Shown here: positions 38,165 through 53,100 of the stretch, in pieces
Layout of the letters: the number at the start of each line of letters is the position of its first letter
Numbering within the stretch: position 1 is the first letter of the stretch
NCBI RefSeq assembly: GCF_035594765.1
Contig: NC_085846.1
Coordinates: forward strand, 17,781,190 to 17,845,189
Length of the DNA stretch: 64,000 nt
Origin: Anolis carolinensis
Taxonomy: Eukaryota
Direction: 5' to 3'
Notes under the pieces: generated by a model
Databases searched by the model: none
What the model was told of the DNA's origin: nothing
The model's input: the letters and a program-made list of their open reading frames with translations, nothing else
Position numbers and translations under genes: made by a program

Positions 38165-41100
38165 ATGGAGTTGGGAGGCTGCAAGGTAAGCGATGCCTTT
38201 GACCCACTGGGGAGGGATGGTTCTCCTCCCGCGAAGAGAGCGGAGGCGCAGAGCGGGAAAGAGAGGGTTCTCTCTCAGAAGGAGTTTACATTTCCTTCGT
38301 AGGAGCAGTGGGAAGGCCCTGGTCCCCATTTTGTCAATGCAGTGGGTGGGCGGTCGAGTGGGAAGCCTTTTTCTCAGCTGAGAGGTTGAGAGATTTATAC
38401 AAGCACTTCAAGGAGGGCCCAAAGTCATAGAGGTTTGGTTGCTGTGAGTTTTCCGGACTGTCTCGCCATGTTCCAGAAGCATTCTTTCCTGACTTTTCAC
38501 TGCATCAATAGCAGGCAACCTCAGAGGTTGCTAGGTATGTTGGAAAACTAGACAAGTGGGGTTTATATATCTATGGAATGTCCAGGGTGAGAGAACTCTT
38601 GCCTGCTTGAGGCAAATGTCAATGTTGCAATTGGCCACCTTGATTAGCATTGAATGGCCTTTCAGCTTCAAAGCCTGGCTGTTTCCTGCCTGGGGGATCC
38701 TTTGTTGGGAGCTGTTAGCTGGCCCTGATCCTGTCTGGAATTCCCCTGTTTTCTGAGCGTTGTTCTTTATTTACTGACCTGATTTTAGAGTTTTTAATAC
38801 TGGTATCCACATTTTGTTCATGTTTCATGGTTTCCTCGTTTCTGTTGAAATTGGCCACATGCTTGTGGATTTCAGTGGCTTCTCTGTGTAGTCTGACATT
38901 CCACAGATATAAGCCATTTGACTAATTTCCAACAAACCTCACAATCTTTTAGGATAGATATACAGTAAAGCAATGTCATTTACAAACTCTTGCAAGCATA
39001 CACATACTCTCTCTGTACCCGCACACATAAATCAATATGCAGCAAAGCGAAGTTATTATCAAACTCTGCAAACATGCACATTATATATATATACATACAC
39101 ATACACAAATGGATATACAATAAAGCAATGTCATTTACATGCTCTTGCAAACACATTATATGTTATGTCAGTAATTTTGTCTCTTCCGTATATTTTCATA
39201 CTGTTGGGATGTTGTTGTGATACAGTCTGTATGAACAACGCTGAAAAGTGACTTAGAGTGAGCCTCCACTTTGTAGAATAAATTTAGTTTGAAACCATTT
39301 GAACTGTCATGGCTCAATTCTCTGGAATCCTGGGATTTGTAGTTTGCTGAGGTACTAGCACTCTTTGACAAGCCTATAGATCTTGCAAAACTAAATTCCC
39401 AGGCATTGATAGCATTGAGTTGTGGCAGTTAAAGTGGTGTCAAACTGCATTAATTCTACAGGGTAGATGTATTCTGAGTTACATGCCATAATTGTATGTT
39501 GTGGGGGGGGGATGGGAGGACTGGCTTTTGTGGCTTTTTCTGTCTTAATTGTCCATTCTCTCTTGTCCCAGGTTGCATTTGAGAAAGATGGTGTTTACTT
39601 ACACACCAGTGCAAAGCGTCATCCTGATCAGGATTCCCTCATCCCAGGGGTTATCCGCATAATTGAAAAGGTGGGTTCAATGTGGGATACCAGCTGAAAT
39701 GGAAAAGCCATGTGACTGTAAGGTGATGGTGGTCAGATGCTAGCGGTGAGAAACTTGTCCATGTTTGGAAAATATTTTGAACCTTGATTTAGCGTGACAT
39801 GAAGAAACCACATTGAGTTATGTGCTGAAATACTTCTTCTCTGCTACAATGTAGTGAGAAATTCAGAGACTTTTACTTCTGGTTTTGTTTGACCATAGCT
39901 TTTCATATTGAAACCAACAAACTGTGATTGGTGCTAACCGTGGCTTACTTGAAAGTATCATAAGGAGGAAGCAGGACTCCTGATTCCTAGACTTCTTGTA
40001 TCTTGTTCACAGAATGCCAAAAAGTTTTCATGTGACATCTACATGTGCTTATTCTCAGGGCAGTATGCGTGATGGTTGACATTGACTTTTGCTATTAATT
40101 TAGCATATGTGTTGTAGCTCTTGTGATTTTTAAAAGCAATAATTTGCTGTTCATTATGATTTAAATGTTGAACTTAAAACATGAAATGCGATGTGGCCTG
40201 ACCTATATGTTCAATAGTTTGTGTGGGGGGCAGGGAGGGGGGGCTTGTAATTGATTTTCTAGGCGTTGGGAGATATATGTAGGGTGGACTTTTCAATATT
40301 ATTAGTAGTAGTATTATATTTATTTATATTCTACTTTTTCTCTCTTAAAGATATTCAGAGTGACAAACAATGCTAAAACAGTGTACAATATAAAGCCTAA
40401 AACATATACACACTAAAAGAGAATTTAAATAATTACATCACTAGTACAGTTGCCCCCTATACGTACGACTTCTGTATCCACAGATTTAACCATCCATAGC
40501 TTGAAAATACTCTTTCTAGAATTAAACCTTGATTTTGCTATATCTAGAAGGGTCACCATTTTATTACAGCTTTATACAAAAACTTGAACATCCATAGAGG
40601 ACCCTGGACCCAAACCCCAGTGAATACCAAGGACCCACTGTATTCTAGATCAGAGCTTCTTAAATTTTTTTTACTCATGTCTGCTTTCCACATGAATTTT
40701 CTCATGATCCTTTTTTGCCAGAGAAAGTTTTATGTGACCCTGGGTATATATATACATAAAACAGGGATAAAAAAAAATCAAACATTTACTGATAATCAGC
40801 ATTTGCAAGGCTTTCTAAACAAGATGATTTTCCTTTTTGTGGAGTACAGATAAAGCATTTTCTGCAGAGTCCACTGTTGTTGCTGACAGATCCATGTAAA
40901 TATCTAGGTGGCATTCAGAAACCTTTTACAATTTTTGTGACCCCAACACTGAGTTAGGGGACCCCATTTGGGACCCACAGTTTAAGAAGCAGTGTTCTAG
41001 GTGGCCTCTTGATTTTACAAGTGGCTTTTAGAGGAAACAGCTTTTTTCATCTTTACTGAAATGTGCATGATATTGATGACTGTTCAGATTTCCTTCATTC

Positions 41101-44100
41101 ATCTGGAGTGTCTTAATACAGTGTACTCTAATTATGTGTGTGCTAATGTGGGGGCTGTTATGTAGTGGATTGTGTAATACAGTACATGTACATCTATGGA
41201 TATTGTATTTTGGAGTTCAAGGCCTGGTATTTCTTCCTTTCTTCAGGGTTCGGATACTTTGCTGCAATGGACACCTATAGAGGAGTCTTCAGATCCTGCT
41301 CAAATTGTGTACACCAAGAAGGTGAGACTTCTTTCCTGGTATTACAGTCCTTTACCCATATCTCACAAACTTTTCAATACATTTCATCCCAAAAATTTGG
41401 CAAAAATTATGGATTTCTTTTACTGGCTATTCATTATATTAGACAACATTTGTATGCTTTTTTATTCTTTGCATACCATCATGTTGTTATAGATATAGCG
41501 CTGGCAAAAACAGTGGACTGCTGTTTTGAATTAGTTTCCAAAGAAAATTGCAGCAGGAATGTGAAATAGCTGTTGAAATTACTTCTGCATGTGTTTTTGA
41601 TTTTAACTGTTTCTTGAATTGTGCTTCTCTTAACCAGATTTGAGTAGTTCTGTAAAAGTTTTTCAGGAGCTTGGGTATTATTTTTCATATACTTTCTACA
41701 AAAAGAGTCAAGTTTATTGATTTCTCCCCTTTCCACACTAATGTCATTGTTGTTATATATATATATATTTGCTGTGCTTTCCAGTTTTGAGGTAGTCTTT
41801 TTCTCATTGAGTTTTCTCTGAGGCACTTTTAGAATAGTGAAAGCATAATGTGGTATTGGAAACTGCTTTATATATATATATTTATTTTTATCTTGCGATT
41901 CCTTAGAAGACACTTCAGGCAGGCAACAGCCTACACAAAATATAATCCAATATGAATGCACTTTGTTAGTATTAGTTGTTATTTGCCATCAGGTCAGTTT
42001 CATCTGGCCACCCTTTGAATAAAAAGCCTCCAGGGCCTGGTCACCATCTGCCTTGCTCCGGTGTTGCAAACATAGGGCCATGGCTTTCTTTATTGAACAA
42101 ATCCGTCATGTGTTCTTCCTCTTTCCCAACTGCCTTCCATTTTGTCTAGGGTTATCCAATGAGTTGTGTCATCTCATAATATGGCTAAAGTATAATAGCT
42201 GAGTCGTTTTGTCTTGTTCTTTACTTTCAGTTATTTGTCTTTTTAGCAGTCCATATTCTTAGAATTCTCCTCCAGCACCACATTTCAAAGGAGACGATTT
42301 TCTTCTTGTCAGCTTTCTTAATTGTCCAGCTTTCACAACCCAATATAGAGAATGGAAGAAATGTATAACATGCTGGATTCTGACATGAGTATTTAGCCAT
42401 ACATTTTACACTTGAGGGTCTTATCTGCTTCATAGCTTCCCTTTCATATATAGAAAGCAGATGTGGCATTCATATGATTTGTTGTGAGTGGGTATTTGCA
42501 ACCAAAAGGTATGTGCCTTCAACTTAATGGACTTATTATGGGTTGTTTCCCCAGCCCCCTTTTTTTGGCAAACAACTTTGGGGTAACTGCCTTAAAACAC
42601 AATATGCTTTGTGTGGGCTCAGAAGTTCTTAGCCTTTCACGTCAATTTTATACATGACTTTGAGCAGAAAGAGGCATGAGCAAAAGTGATCTTTCTCACA
42701 TTGTTTTCCCCTGCATAATCCTTTTTGTCAACAAACAGGTAGAAGCGGCCTGGCTCTACCAGTGGCTCCACATTCCTTGGTCTTGTCTCACTGAAAGCCT
42801 GATTGGTCTTGTACCCTTATTATTTGAGTGGCCAGAAATCAAATCTAATCCTTCCCCTTATCCTCATGCCTTCCAATGCCTTCTAAAATATAAGTTAGGA
42901 TAGAGAGCTATTGGAGTGTTTGAATATTGGACTGGACACCAGGAGACCTGGATTCAAATCCTCATTCATCCATAGGAACCGGCAAGGTGATCTTGGGAAG
43001 TCACACCCTCTCAGTCTCAGAGGAAGGCAAGGGCAAACCCTCTCTGAACAAATCGTGCAAAGAAAATGCTGTGATAAGTTTTCCTTAGCGTCACTGTAAG
43101 TCAGAAATTGCTTGATGGTGCACAGCAACAAATGGATATATAAACTGAGCCCAAAAACAGATTCTTTGAATTTGACCCCACTGAAGGAGATTTTCTTATG
43201 ATTTAGGGAATGGCGTTTAATGGCACTTCTGCTCATAGGTTGTGAAATCTGGCTATGATCGCATGGGAAGATGGTTTTTCTCTTTTGTAAACTACTGCGA
43301 CCCATTCATCACCAAATCAATTCATTTAGCACCAATGGGGTTCTCATTATGACTACCCTAATATTTTTGTGTGTGTGTGGTATGCCTTGGTCAGGCCCTG
43401 ATCTGCGACATTCTTTGCAAAGCTAGTAAGGATTTGTATATCTTCTCAGACTGTAATCCTGCCTTTTCTCCCTCTCCACAGGAGCCAGTGGGCTGCCAGA
43501 CTGAAGAAGAACTGTTTGATCCAGGTTATGAACCAGACTGGGCTGTGATCAGTACAGTGGGGACTCGGTCTCGGGTCCAGGAAGAAACAGATGGTAAATA
43601 AAGAAATAAAAAGAGGGCTGCTGCTTAGAGTAGCCAAAAGACCTGGTTCTAAGCTTGGAAATGTTCCTCTGTGTAGCTACTTTTTCCATGCTCCCCTCAG
43701 TCAGCATGGCCATGGCTTGAAACTATAAAGGAGTAAGAGACATGGATTAAGAAATATTGATAAAAGGTGTACATATAGAGACCAGGTGGATGTAGGGAAT
43801 AGGTAACTATTGGAAATAACTGCACTCAGTCAGACCAGGAAGATATCCTCTGTAGTACTGGAGGTTTTACTGTACCACTTCTTTCAGTTTTCTTTTTGTG
43901 TATGTGCTCTCACATTGCCTCTCAATCTTTGGCAACCTATTAATTTCATACAGTTTGCATTTGAATACTCAAAGATGGTTTTGATAAGATCTTCAGTTCC
44001 TTCCTCTGAAATATAGGCTATAGCACATGGTTTTCCTTCACAGTCTTTCTCCAAGCACTAACCAGGGCTGAACCTGCTGAGTTCCCTTGGTTAGACAGAA

Positions 44101-47100
44101 TATTGTGTCCTTATCCTTTTTTTTCCATGCCAGGTTCTGTGCCAAAATCCCCAATCCCTCGTGGTCAGTGGGCTTTCACTCTCAGCTTGTCTGACCTGAA
44201 ATCCATACGCAAGAGTAAGCCAGGTCTGGGCTGGTCCTACCTGATTTTCATCACCAAAGACGGCATCTCCATCCAAGCCCTCCACTTTCATCGCGGGGGC
44301 ACCAAGGCCCTGCTCAAAGCTCTCTGCAAATATGTTATCCTTGCCACGTGAGTGATGCTCATTGTTTCATTTTCCTGAAAGACAAAAGGGCAGGAGTTGG
44401 TAGGGGAGGGGAGGGGAGGGGAGGGGAGGGTAGCTTAAAGTTGTTATGTATGACCCTCATCCATGTAGTCTTAGACTTTGCGGGTGCTGTTGATTTGTGT
44501 TAATGTGATGTTTGGCAGAGCATTGGGAAAACACAATCCGCTTGTATCTTGAAAAGTGTTTTACTCATCCTGTCCTTGTAATGGGAAAAAAGCAATCTGA
44601 AGTTATGGATTTGGTGTAGAAGAGGATAACTTTTCAAAAAGTGAATTTTGATTTTTTTTAAAAAAATGTTGGTGCCTTTAGCTCTAGTTAAGTCCTAAAT
44701 TAGTCCCAGTTTTGGAAAACAAAGGCAAGAGAAAATTGTTTGAAGACCATTTTGGAAGTATATTGTAGAAAGCAGATTGCTGGATCTGATGAACATTTGG
44801 TGAGATCTAGCAGGGCTTTTTCTTCCCCTGTTTAGATGACAGGGTGGTTTTTGTTTCCAGACTAAGTTCATAAAAAAGACTTGTGTGTACTGTAGATGTC
44901 ATCTGCTGAGCTCCTGACATTTTTTGGGCAGTATATTAGATGCAGGTGGAAGATTTGGACCTCCAAGATTCCCTTTTATTAGTGTAGGCTGTATATCCCA
45001 GTGCTAAGAGCACTTGGGGCATAATAAGAAACTTGCTGTAACTTTTCTTCTCTCATTGCAGCTCTCCCAAAGATTCCCGTCTCTATCTGGTGTACACACA
45101 CGACTCGTATGCCCTCTCCCACTCCTTTGATGAGCTTCAGCTCTTTGATGACAGCTCTTCCAACCTGGTGTCAGTGAGTTTCTCTTTAAAAAACCCATGT
45201 ATTTGATTTAGTCGGTTTGGGACAGGACTTTGAAAAAGTGCCTTTGGGGACTTTGGGGACTACAGTTGCTCAACCAACTAGACTGGGGTCAGGTGGCCTC
45301 TGGGAATTGCAGTCAAAAAAGTAATATTTCAAAGCTTTAGTTTGGAATGTGGAGAGAACTACCACAGAGTTCCCTGGGACTGAGAGTGTGTAACCTGTCT
45401 AGTGGGTTTCCATGACAGTATGGAGATTCAAACTCTTGTCTCCAGAATTCAAGTCCTACTTTCAAGCCACTAAATCACACTCAAGGGAGACTCAAATAAA
45501 TCTAGTGAAGCCTGATATTAAAAGGCTTTAAATCTGTGGTTATAACATATGAGGATAATCAGCCCCTGGAATTAGCTGATATATGCCATCTCTAGGTATA
45601 AACTTGTAGAGGCATCAAGTTGTAAGAGAGCCTCTTCTGTGTACCTTCAAATGATCGGAGAAAGCTCTCATTGACATTCCGCTTCGTATAGATCATGCCC
45701 CATAGTACCCTATACAATGCAAAGCATAACCTTCCAACACGTTGTCTTTCTTTCCCTTAGCGATTCCTGCAGGACCCATATGCTGCCACCTTTGGTGGCT
45801 TTTCCAAAGTCACCAATTTTTTCCGAGGGGCTCTCCACCATGAGGATGGCGTGGGTCAGCATTCTCAGGGCGATGCAGCTGCTGCCAATGTTGAGGATGA
45901 GACCGGTTTTGAAGTTATCACCTGTGTGAGTGCTGGAGCAGGCAACTCCAGTGAGGAGCAAGGAAGGGTGGGAGGAATGGTAATCGGCCGGATATCATGT
46001 GTGGACTTGTTGTGCAGAGGTGTCCTTCCATAGACCAAAACAAGCTTTGGCTATCTGCAGTCTCCAGCAGCTATCTGCTGTCTCATCTTGGTTTGCTGTT
46101 CCACCAAGGTTAACCATGTTGAGGGATGGGCAATTTGTAGTCCTCCAGATGTTCTTGAACTTTCAGTCCCATCATCCCTCATCATACATTGGCTAGTGAT
46201 GATGAGAACTGCAGTCTCAAGGACTTCTTGAGAGCCGCAAGTGACCTGCTTCTGCTCTGGAGGAAGTAGAAAAGAAATGAATAGATAGGCTTAAATTACT
46301 TGGTAGGATATCCCTACCCATCAGGTGGAGAACAGACAGTCCATAGCACATATGCTTAAGTGGACTTGGATGGACCCTAAAGGAATGCAAAACAAGACAA
46401 GCAGTATTGACTGGGTAGTTAGTGAGCAGTAGGCTTCTTTTCTCAATTTTTTTTCTCATGGATCAGAACATAAGGATGGATCTAGCCTGGGTTTCCATGA
46501 ATTCAAGTAACTTGGATGGTTCCTGAGGACCAGGAATCGGAGAATTTAGATTGAAAACCAATATGATATCAGTTGGTACTCTAACAACCCTAATATCCCA
46601 CCAAAGCTTACCAAGGACTTCAGTTGTTGTTGCTATTCTTCTTCTGCAATGTATGTCAACAATAAATAACTTGATACATTTTGCTCTTGTCATCTTGGCC
46701 TGTCACACAACCTAAATTGAGAGGATGCCCCCCCAAAGACCTTTAGCATCCTCTCATGGAGTATAGCTATATGATGCACTCTCCCTTCAGATGAGGGCCC
46801 CCTGGTCCCCAAATATGGACTCCCCCTAGTCCTCAAATTTGTAGCATTTCAGAGCATGGGACCTTGAAAGTTCATTGACACCTTGAATTTTTACACGTGG
46901 TCTATTCACATTCCCTTGGTAAACTTTTCCCTTTTCATTTAGATGTTTAAACTCTAGTTCTGGATGCTCAACAGACTTTTTAAATTATTGCAATGCTATC
47001 AATTTGAAATCTGAAGGAAAATAACTGAGGTGCAGAAATCCTGTGGGGGAAAAATGCTTTCTCTTGGAATTTGCTAACTATTTAAAACTTAAAATTATAC

Positions 47101-50100
47101 AAACATTAAAATGTAATTAAATACTAATGGTATTAAAAATAAACAGTTGAAACCCTTAAAACCAGTTGAATAACTATTCATAGATAATGACACAAGAATC
47201 TCTGAGTTCTTCCATGGCATTCTGGGATCAGAAGTTAGGTAATTTAATGGTGTGTGGTTGTATCTGCAATTTCAGATAACTGCAGTCCACCTGCAAACAT
47301 AACCCATGTAGATATGGGGGTCTTGTTATATTTCTTTAAAAATATTTCAAGGGGAAGAATCAGCTTGTACTTTGCCCCACAGGATTATTATTGTTGTTGT
47401 TGTTGTTGTTGTTATTACCTTGCTTTTACTTTCCACAAGGAGAGAAAAGGCTCCCTGTGAAGATTTCTCTTTTAAATCCTTTCTGTTTTCCCCTGGCAGC
47501 AGGCACAGCTAGGAGAGCGACCATCTGTGCAGAGAGAGGCCCCAGTTACAGAGCAGGAATGGGAGCAGCACTTGGATCCTGATGGGCGTGTGAAGGACCT
47601 CACTGGATTGCGTCGGAAGATCTTTGCAGGGGTAAGACATGCAGGAAAGATTGATTCAAGTGACTAGCCATTTGATCTTGGTCATGAAATAACATGGCCT
47701 AATAAACCACCTTTCCCTTGCTGCTTTGTTTGTCCTCTTCCAGGGTCTCAGCATGGCATTACGCAAGGAGGCATGGAAGTACCTTCTGAGCTACTACGCC
47801 TGGGACAACACCAGTGAGGAGAACAAGGCACAAGTGAGACGGAAAACGTAAGCATGGATCAGGATTGTTTTCCAAGAAGAAACTGAATTGACCTTTGATC
47901 AGTTGGCTGATCAGTAGTCAAGGCTCGGATTCCTAACCTGACCATATTTTTCACTACTGCCTTTGTCAGAGATGAGTACTTTCGCATGAAACTACAATGG
48001 AAGTCGGTCAGCGAAGAGCAGGAACAGCGGAACTCCTTGTTGCGGGGATACCGTAGCCTGATTGGTAAATATTAGTTTAATCTCCCAGCTCTAATTAATC
48101 ATTGGTTTTATCATTCTCAGTCACAACGTGTGTTCTTGATTCTTATTTCCCCCATTTCTCCTAGCTGACAATGCAGGCTTATCTGTGTGCAACAAGGTAT
48201 TCTCAACAGTTGAAAATATATGCATAGAGAGTGCTGTTGTCTAATTCCAAAAAGCTGTCTCAACATCCTATTTTTACAAATGCTTCTAGAAGCTCAAGCA
48301 GGATGCAAGACAATGGCTCTTCCCTCCTATGTCTTGCCAAAGTCTAGTATTCAGTGGCACATCAGCTCCAGACATGGAGGCTGTATTTGGTTAATCTTGC
48401 CAAACTCATTCATTCATCGGCAATCACTCGTGTCCGAGTAGGATGGTTTTCCAAGTGTAGGGTCTTGGCAGTGGGTCTGTAGGTGATTGTGGAGATCTAT
48501 TACTGGCCTGTATGTTCTTCCACAGGGAGGACATCGGTTTCCAGATGGAAGGCAGTCCCAGTCAGGGTTGGCTTGATGCACGTTTCTCCCTTGAGCCCTC
48601 CATTTATTTATTTATTTATTTATTTACGACATTTCTACCCCGCCTTTCTCAACCTTGGAGGGGACTTAAGGCGGCTTTACAAGTAGGCAACTGTTTGATG
48701 TACAATTAAAACAAACACTTTAAAATATAATTATAAAATACATTCAAACATTTAAAAACCTTTAAAACAATACAATCACTATTAAACCAAGTTATCCTAA
48801 GTCATTTGTGCCTCTTCAAATTCTACAACACTAGAGCTTGGAAGTAACTGTTTAAAAGTAGGCAGTTACCCTGAATTGGCAAACCAATCCCTTTTACCAG
48901 TTGATTATAATGAGTTTTCTTTTCCCATACTAAATATATGATTACTTCACTTTTTGCCTTTAACTGAACAAGGGATAAATGACTCATTTTGCAAAGAAAC
49001 CGGAACACTAAAGGTATTTGTATAGTTATTTAGGTGTGTTTTGACAAAACAGGGAAGGAGGAACATCACGTGGTTCACTTGCTGGCTCAAGTGCTATTGT
49101 GGGTGGTGTAACAAGAAAGTGAGCATAAGGAAAATATAGTTTGTACCATAGGCCAACACGCTGTAACTATATATCTTGGAAAAGGGAACTATTGGTATCT
49201 ATTATACAGTCAGCCCTCCACATTAACTGGAGTTAGGAGTGCAGGACCCTCCCAGAAGTAGGTCCTCCTGCATGACACTATGCCACCTTCCCCAGGAGGG
49301 CATTTTAATCAAAAGTGAAACTTGCAAGTGTGGAGGGCTGATTGCATAATAGTTCACCTTTTCTTTTTCTAATTTTTTTTTAAAAACTTTTATTGGTGTG
49401 TTTATGTCACAAAATTCAAGCATGCAACACTTCAGTGGCACTTGATAAATACAAAACTCATTACTGTAATATGCCTACATTAGTTGGTTTGACTGAAAGA
49501 AACAGTACATGGCAGGCGTTGTCTCCTCTTTTCATTCTGAAACGTGGCAAAGTTTCCCATTGCTTAGTAAATTGATTTTAAGTATTCTTTCTTAGCCTTA
49601 TGTAATAATATAAGTTTCATCATAATCACAATGTTCCATATAGATTAAATCTATAGTTGACAAAGAGATAGCTCTTTCCAGAATGAAGCTGTCCAGTTTT
49701 AGCGGCTGTCAATAAATTAACAATAAATTCCAAATGGATGTCATCTACAAGACCTTTTAAATAATTCAAAATAATTCTTAAGTGGATCCATTGGATGTTT
49801 ATATCCTAGAGTGCGTTCTGTGGAATGCAACTTCCAAGGTGGCTGCACTTTCTTCCAGCGCCAAGATCAATAAATATAGTCTGCATCCAATATACTACAT
49901 CACCAGCATCTGATCTGGTCGTGCTAATTTTATTTAAAAAACATGTATGGCTTATGATACCATTTATAATGTCTTATGAAAATTATTGTGCTTCAGATTA
50001 GTAGCAATCAATCTCCAATTTTTCCCTGACCACGGCAAAACATTTTTACTAAGAAGCCTGATTTTTCACTCTCCCTGTTCTTAAAGCTACATATATTATC

Positions 50101-53100
50101 CTTGGGAACATTTGTTATAGATTACATAATGGCATTAAGATACTGGCCATCTAATTTTCAGTTCCTTTACAGATAATCCCTTGCATGGAACTTGCCTTTT
50201 TTCATGGCTGTTGATTACTGAATTGACACTTAGTGAGTTGTCCACAGAACCTCATTGTCAATTCTATCTCCAATTTTAGTTGGTTTTTAAGGATTTAATG
50301 CATTGCTTTGCACTCACGTAGCTGCAGAATCAGGCCAAGTAATTCTATCTGCAAATTGTGTCAAGGGAAAAATGGTTTCAGCAATCGCTTCCAGATCCTA
50401 TATATGCCTAGCCTGGGGTTGGAAAGGAACAGTATGCAGCCCTGAAAAATCATAGGGGGAAAGCCATGATACCATAGCAACACCACTAGCAACACAATTC
50501 AGACTGCAGTTCCTGTGTGTCATGACAGACAGAGAAAGCCAGTGAATTCATGTCCACAGAGAGGGGGCCAGGATAGTTTTCTGACCCAAGCACTGTGATG
50601 GTCCAATGATGCAATGATACCTCTCAGGAAAAGAAATTCCACCTAAACATTAGGAAGAACTTACTGACAGTAAGAACTGTTTGGCAGTGGAATATGCATC
50701 CCTGGAGCTTGGTGGAGTCTCCTCTGAAGGTTTTTAAGCAGAGGCTGAGTAGCCATCTGTCAGGAGTGCTTTGATTGTGTTTTCCTGCTTAACAGAATGG
50801 GATTGGACTAGATGGCCCTTGGGGTCTCTTCCAACTCTCTTTTGCATACTCCATGAGCCCTACTAGCACAGGTAATGTGAATGCATTGCAGAAGAGACTT
50901 GGATATGACACCAAGAACAAACTAGAGACTCCTTATCCTAGACACTGCACACAACACACAAAGGTATGAGAGCAGACAACTCTCAGAGTCAAATATGTGG
51001 GTCCCCTACTCTAAGTCCTGCAGAAGGAATGCAAGATCTTCCTTTGGACAAAAGATGAAAGCCCACTGAAAAGGGAAAAAACATCATTGGCCAATCATAG
51101 AAAGAGAGGAACTAAAGCAGATGTTTGGACCTCCAACTCCCTGTAGCCATGGCCAGCTTGTCCAGTGGCCAGAAATCCTGGAATCTGAAGTCCAAAATAC
51201 CTGGAGGGCCACAGGTTTGATGCCACTGAACGAGAGCATGACACATGGGGAGCCATATCCAAATATTTTAAAAAAACCCAAACAATTTCATCCTCAGTTC
51301 GTTGCTTACAGACTGGTTTTTGGATGTGGGAGATGTGAAATTAATTCCCACCAGGAAAGTAGGAGGAAATTATTCTCCTTTTGCAAGGAACAGTCCTCTT
51401 CTTAGGAAGGGGACTATCTTGGGTAGCAGATTCCGGTTGTTTTGAAAGTGAAGTGGCTTTCAAATTAGTTGTTATAAGTTTATTTTGTGGTTCTTAGGTT
51501 CCATTCCGAATTTATGGGAGTTGGTAACAGAGCAACCAGTATCAAATCAAAAAGATAAAAAGTGTAAACAGGCAATGCACACTTTTCAAAACAGTGCAGG
51601 GGGTGAAGAACCAATACAACTCAACACTCAGCAGTAATCAAATGAACAACCAAATATACAAGGTAGGGCTAAAAGAAGAAAAATAAAGAGAGGCTGGATG
51701 CCATTTATCAGGACTGCCTTGATTGTGTTTTCCTGCATGGCAGGACTGGATGGACTTGGTGGTCTCTTTCAATGCCACAATTTTTGATCAAAGCTCATTA
51801 GAGTGCTTCATACTGTGCCACTGCCATCTTCAAGATACATAAATAATCTGTAGGGTGTCTTTGTACCTTTGCAGAAAGGGATGTGAGTCGCACAGATAGG
51901 AACAACAAATTCTACGAAGGCAGCGAGAACCCTGGATTGGTCCTCCTGAATGATGTGCTGATGACCTACTGCATGTATAACTTTGACCTGGGTGAGTTTG
52001 GAAGAGGGGAGAAAAGGGGACAATCTGCTTGGCTTTTGGGGAAGACGTAGGGTCCTTCCAGACAGGCCCTATATCCCAGGATCTAATTCCTGGTTTTCTG
52101 CTTTGAATTGGATTATATGAGTCCACACTACCAGATAATCTGGGATAAACCGGAAACCTAGGATCAGATCCTGGGATATAGTGCCTATTTTGAAGAGCCC
52201 TTAGGTTGCTTGGCCTAGAATATTTGCTTAACCAGGTCGGGCAGAAGTAGAGAAGTGAAGAGTAGCAAGAATTGATGATCTCACCATTCCTTGGGTCCAT
52301 CACAAAGGAATATAGGATGTGTTCTTTATAATAGGACCTAGTAAGATAAGAGAGGGCATATTTTGCTTATTTTCCCAATACTGATTGATTATGCACATAT
52401 TTTATTGCCAAAATAATCACTTGCATACTTGTTTTCAAGCTTCTCACAGCAGTATGAACCAATAACTTGAATTAGCTTTGTTTAATTTTTCACATACATG
52501 AAAATTGAGAAAATTAGGATAGAATTCAATACTGAATAGCAAGCAATGTTGTTAGTCCTACATGCCTCCCTGGCTAGTCATTTCCAAGGAGGATTTTTAA
52601 AAAGTCTTCAGTCTCTTCAAAATGCTTATCTTCAAGTTCTGACTCCTGTCAATACCAGACTACAATGTCACGAAGGACATGGGAAAGAACTTAGTGAGCC
52701 TACAACTTGAAGCATCTTGTTGTATATTTGTTTATTTTAGCAATTCACTAACTCAATTTTTTGGCTTCTCTGTGCAGGTTATGTTCAAGGCATGAGTGAC
52801 CTCCTGTCTCCCATTCTCTACATCACCCAGAATGAAGTGGATGCCTTCTGGTGCTTTTGTGGCTTCATGGAACTGGTGGTGAGTACATGGTCTTGAGGGG
52901 GCTCAGTTTACTTTGGAAAGGTAGCCCTTTCCAACATAATTGGGGGCTAAAATTACAGAGGATGAGGTGAAGGACCTGGAGACTAAGTTTGACCTGGATA
53001 AGAGACCATTCAATTAAAGTATGATGCCCATCTTCACATTTCTGAAGGGCTGTTCTCATGAATGACAGCAGAAACTTGCATTCTGTTGTTTGTGAAAGTG

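Noticed and set aside
43449-43481. Alternative upstream acceptor for TBC1D17 exon 4
   Set aside because: Use of the AG ending at 43449 would add 32 nt and shift the frame.
49380-50150. Possible decayed L1/Tx1 fragment
   Set aside because: Composition is suggestive, but I could not recover a convincing translated motif.
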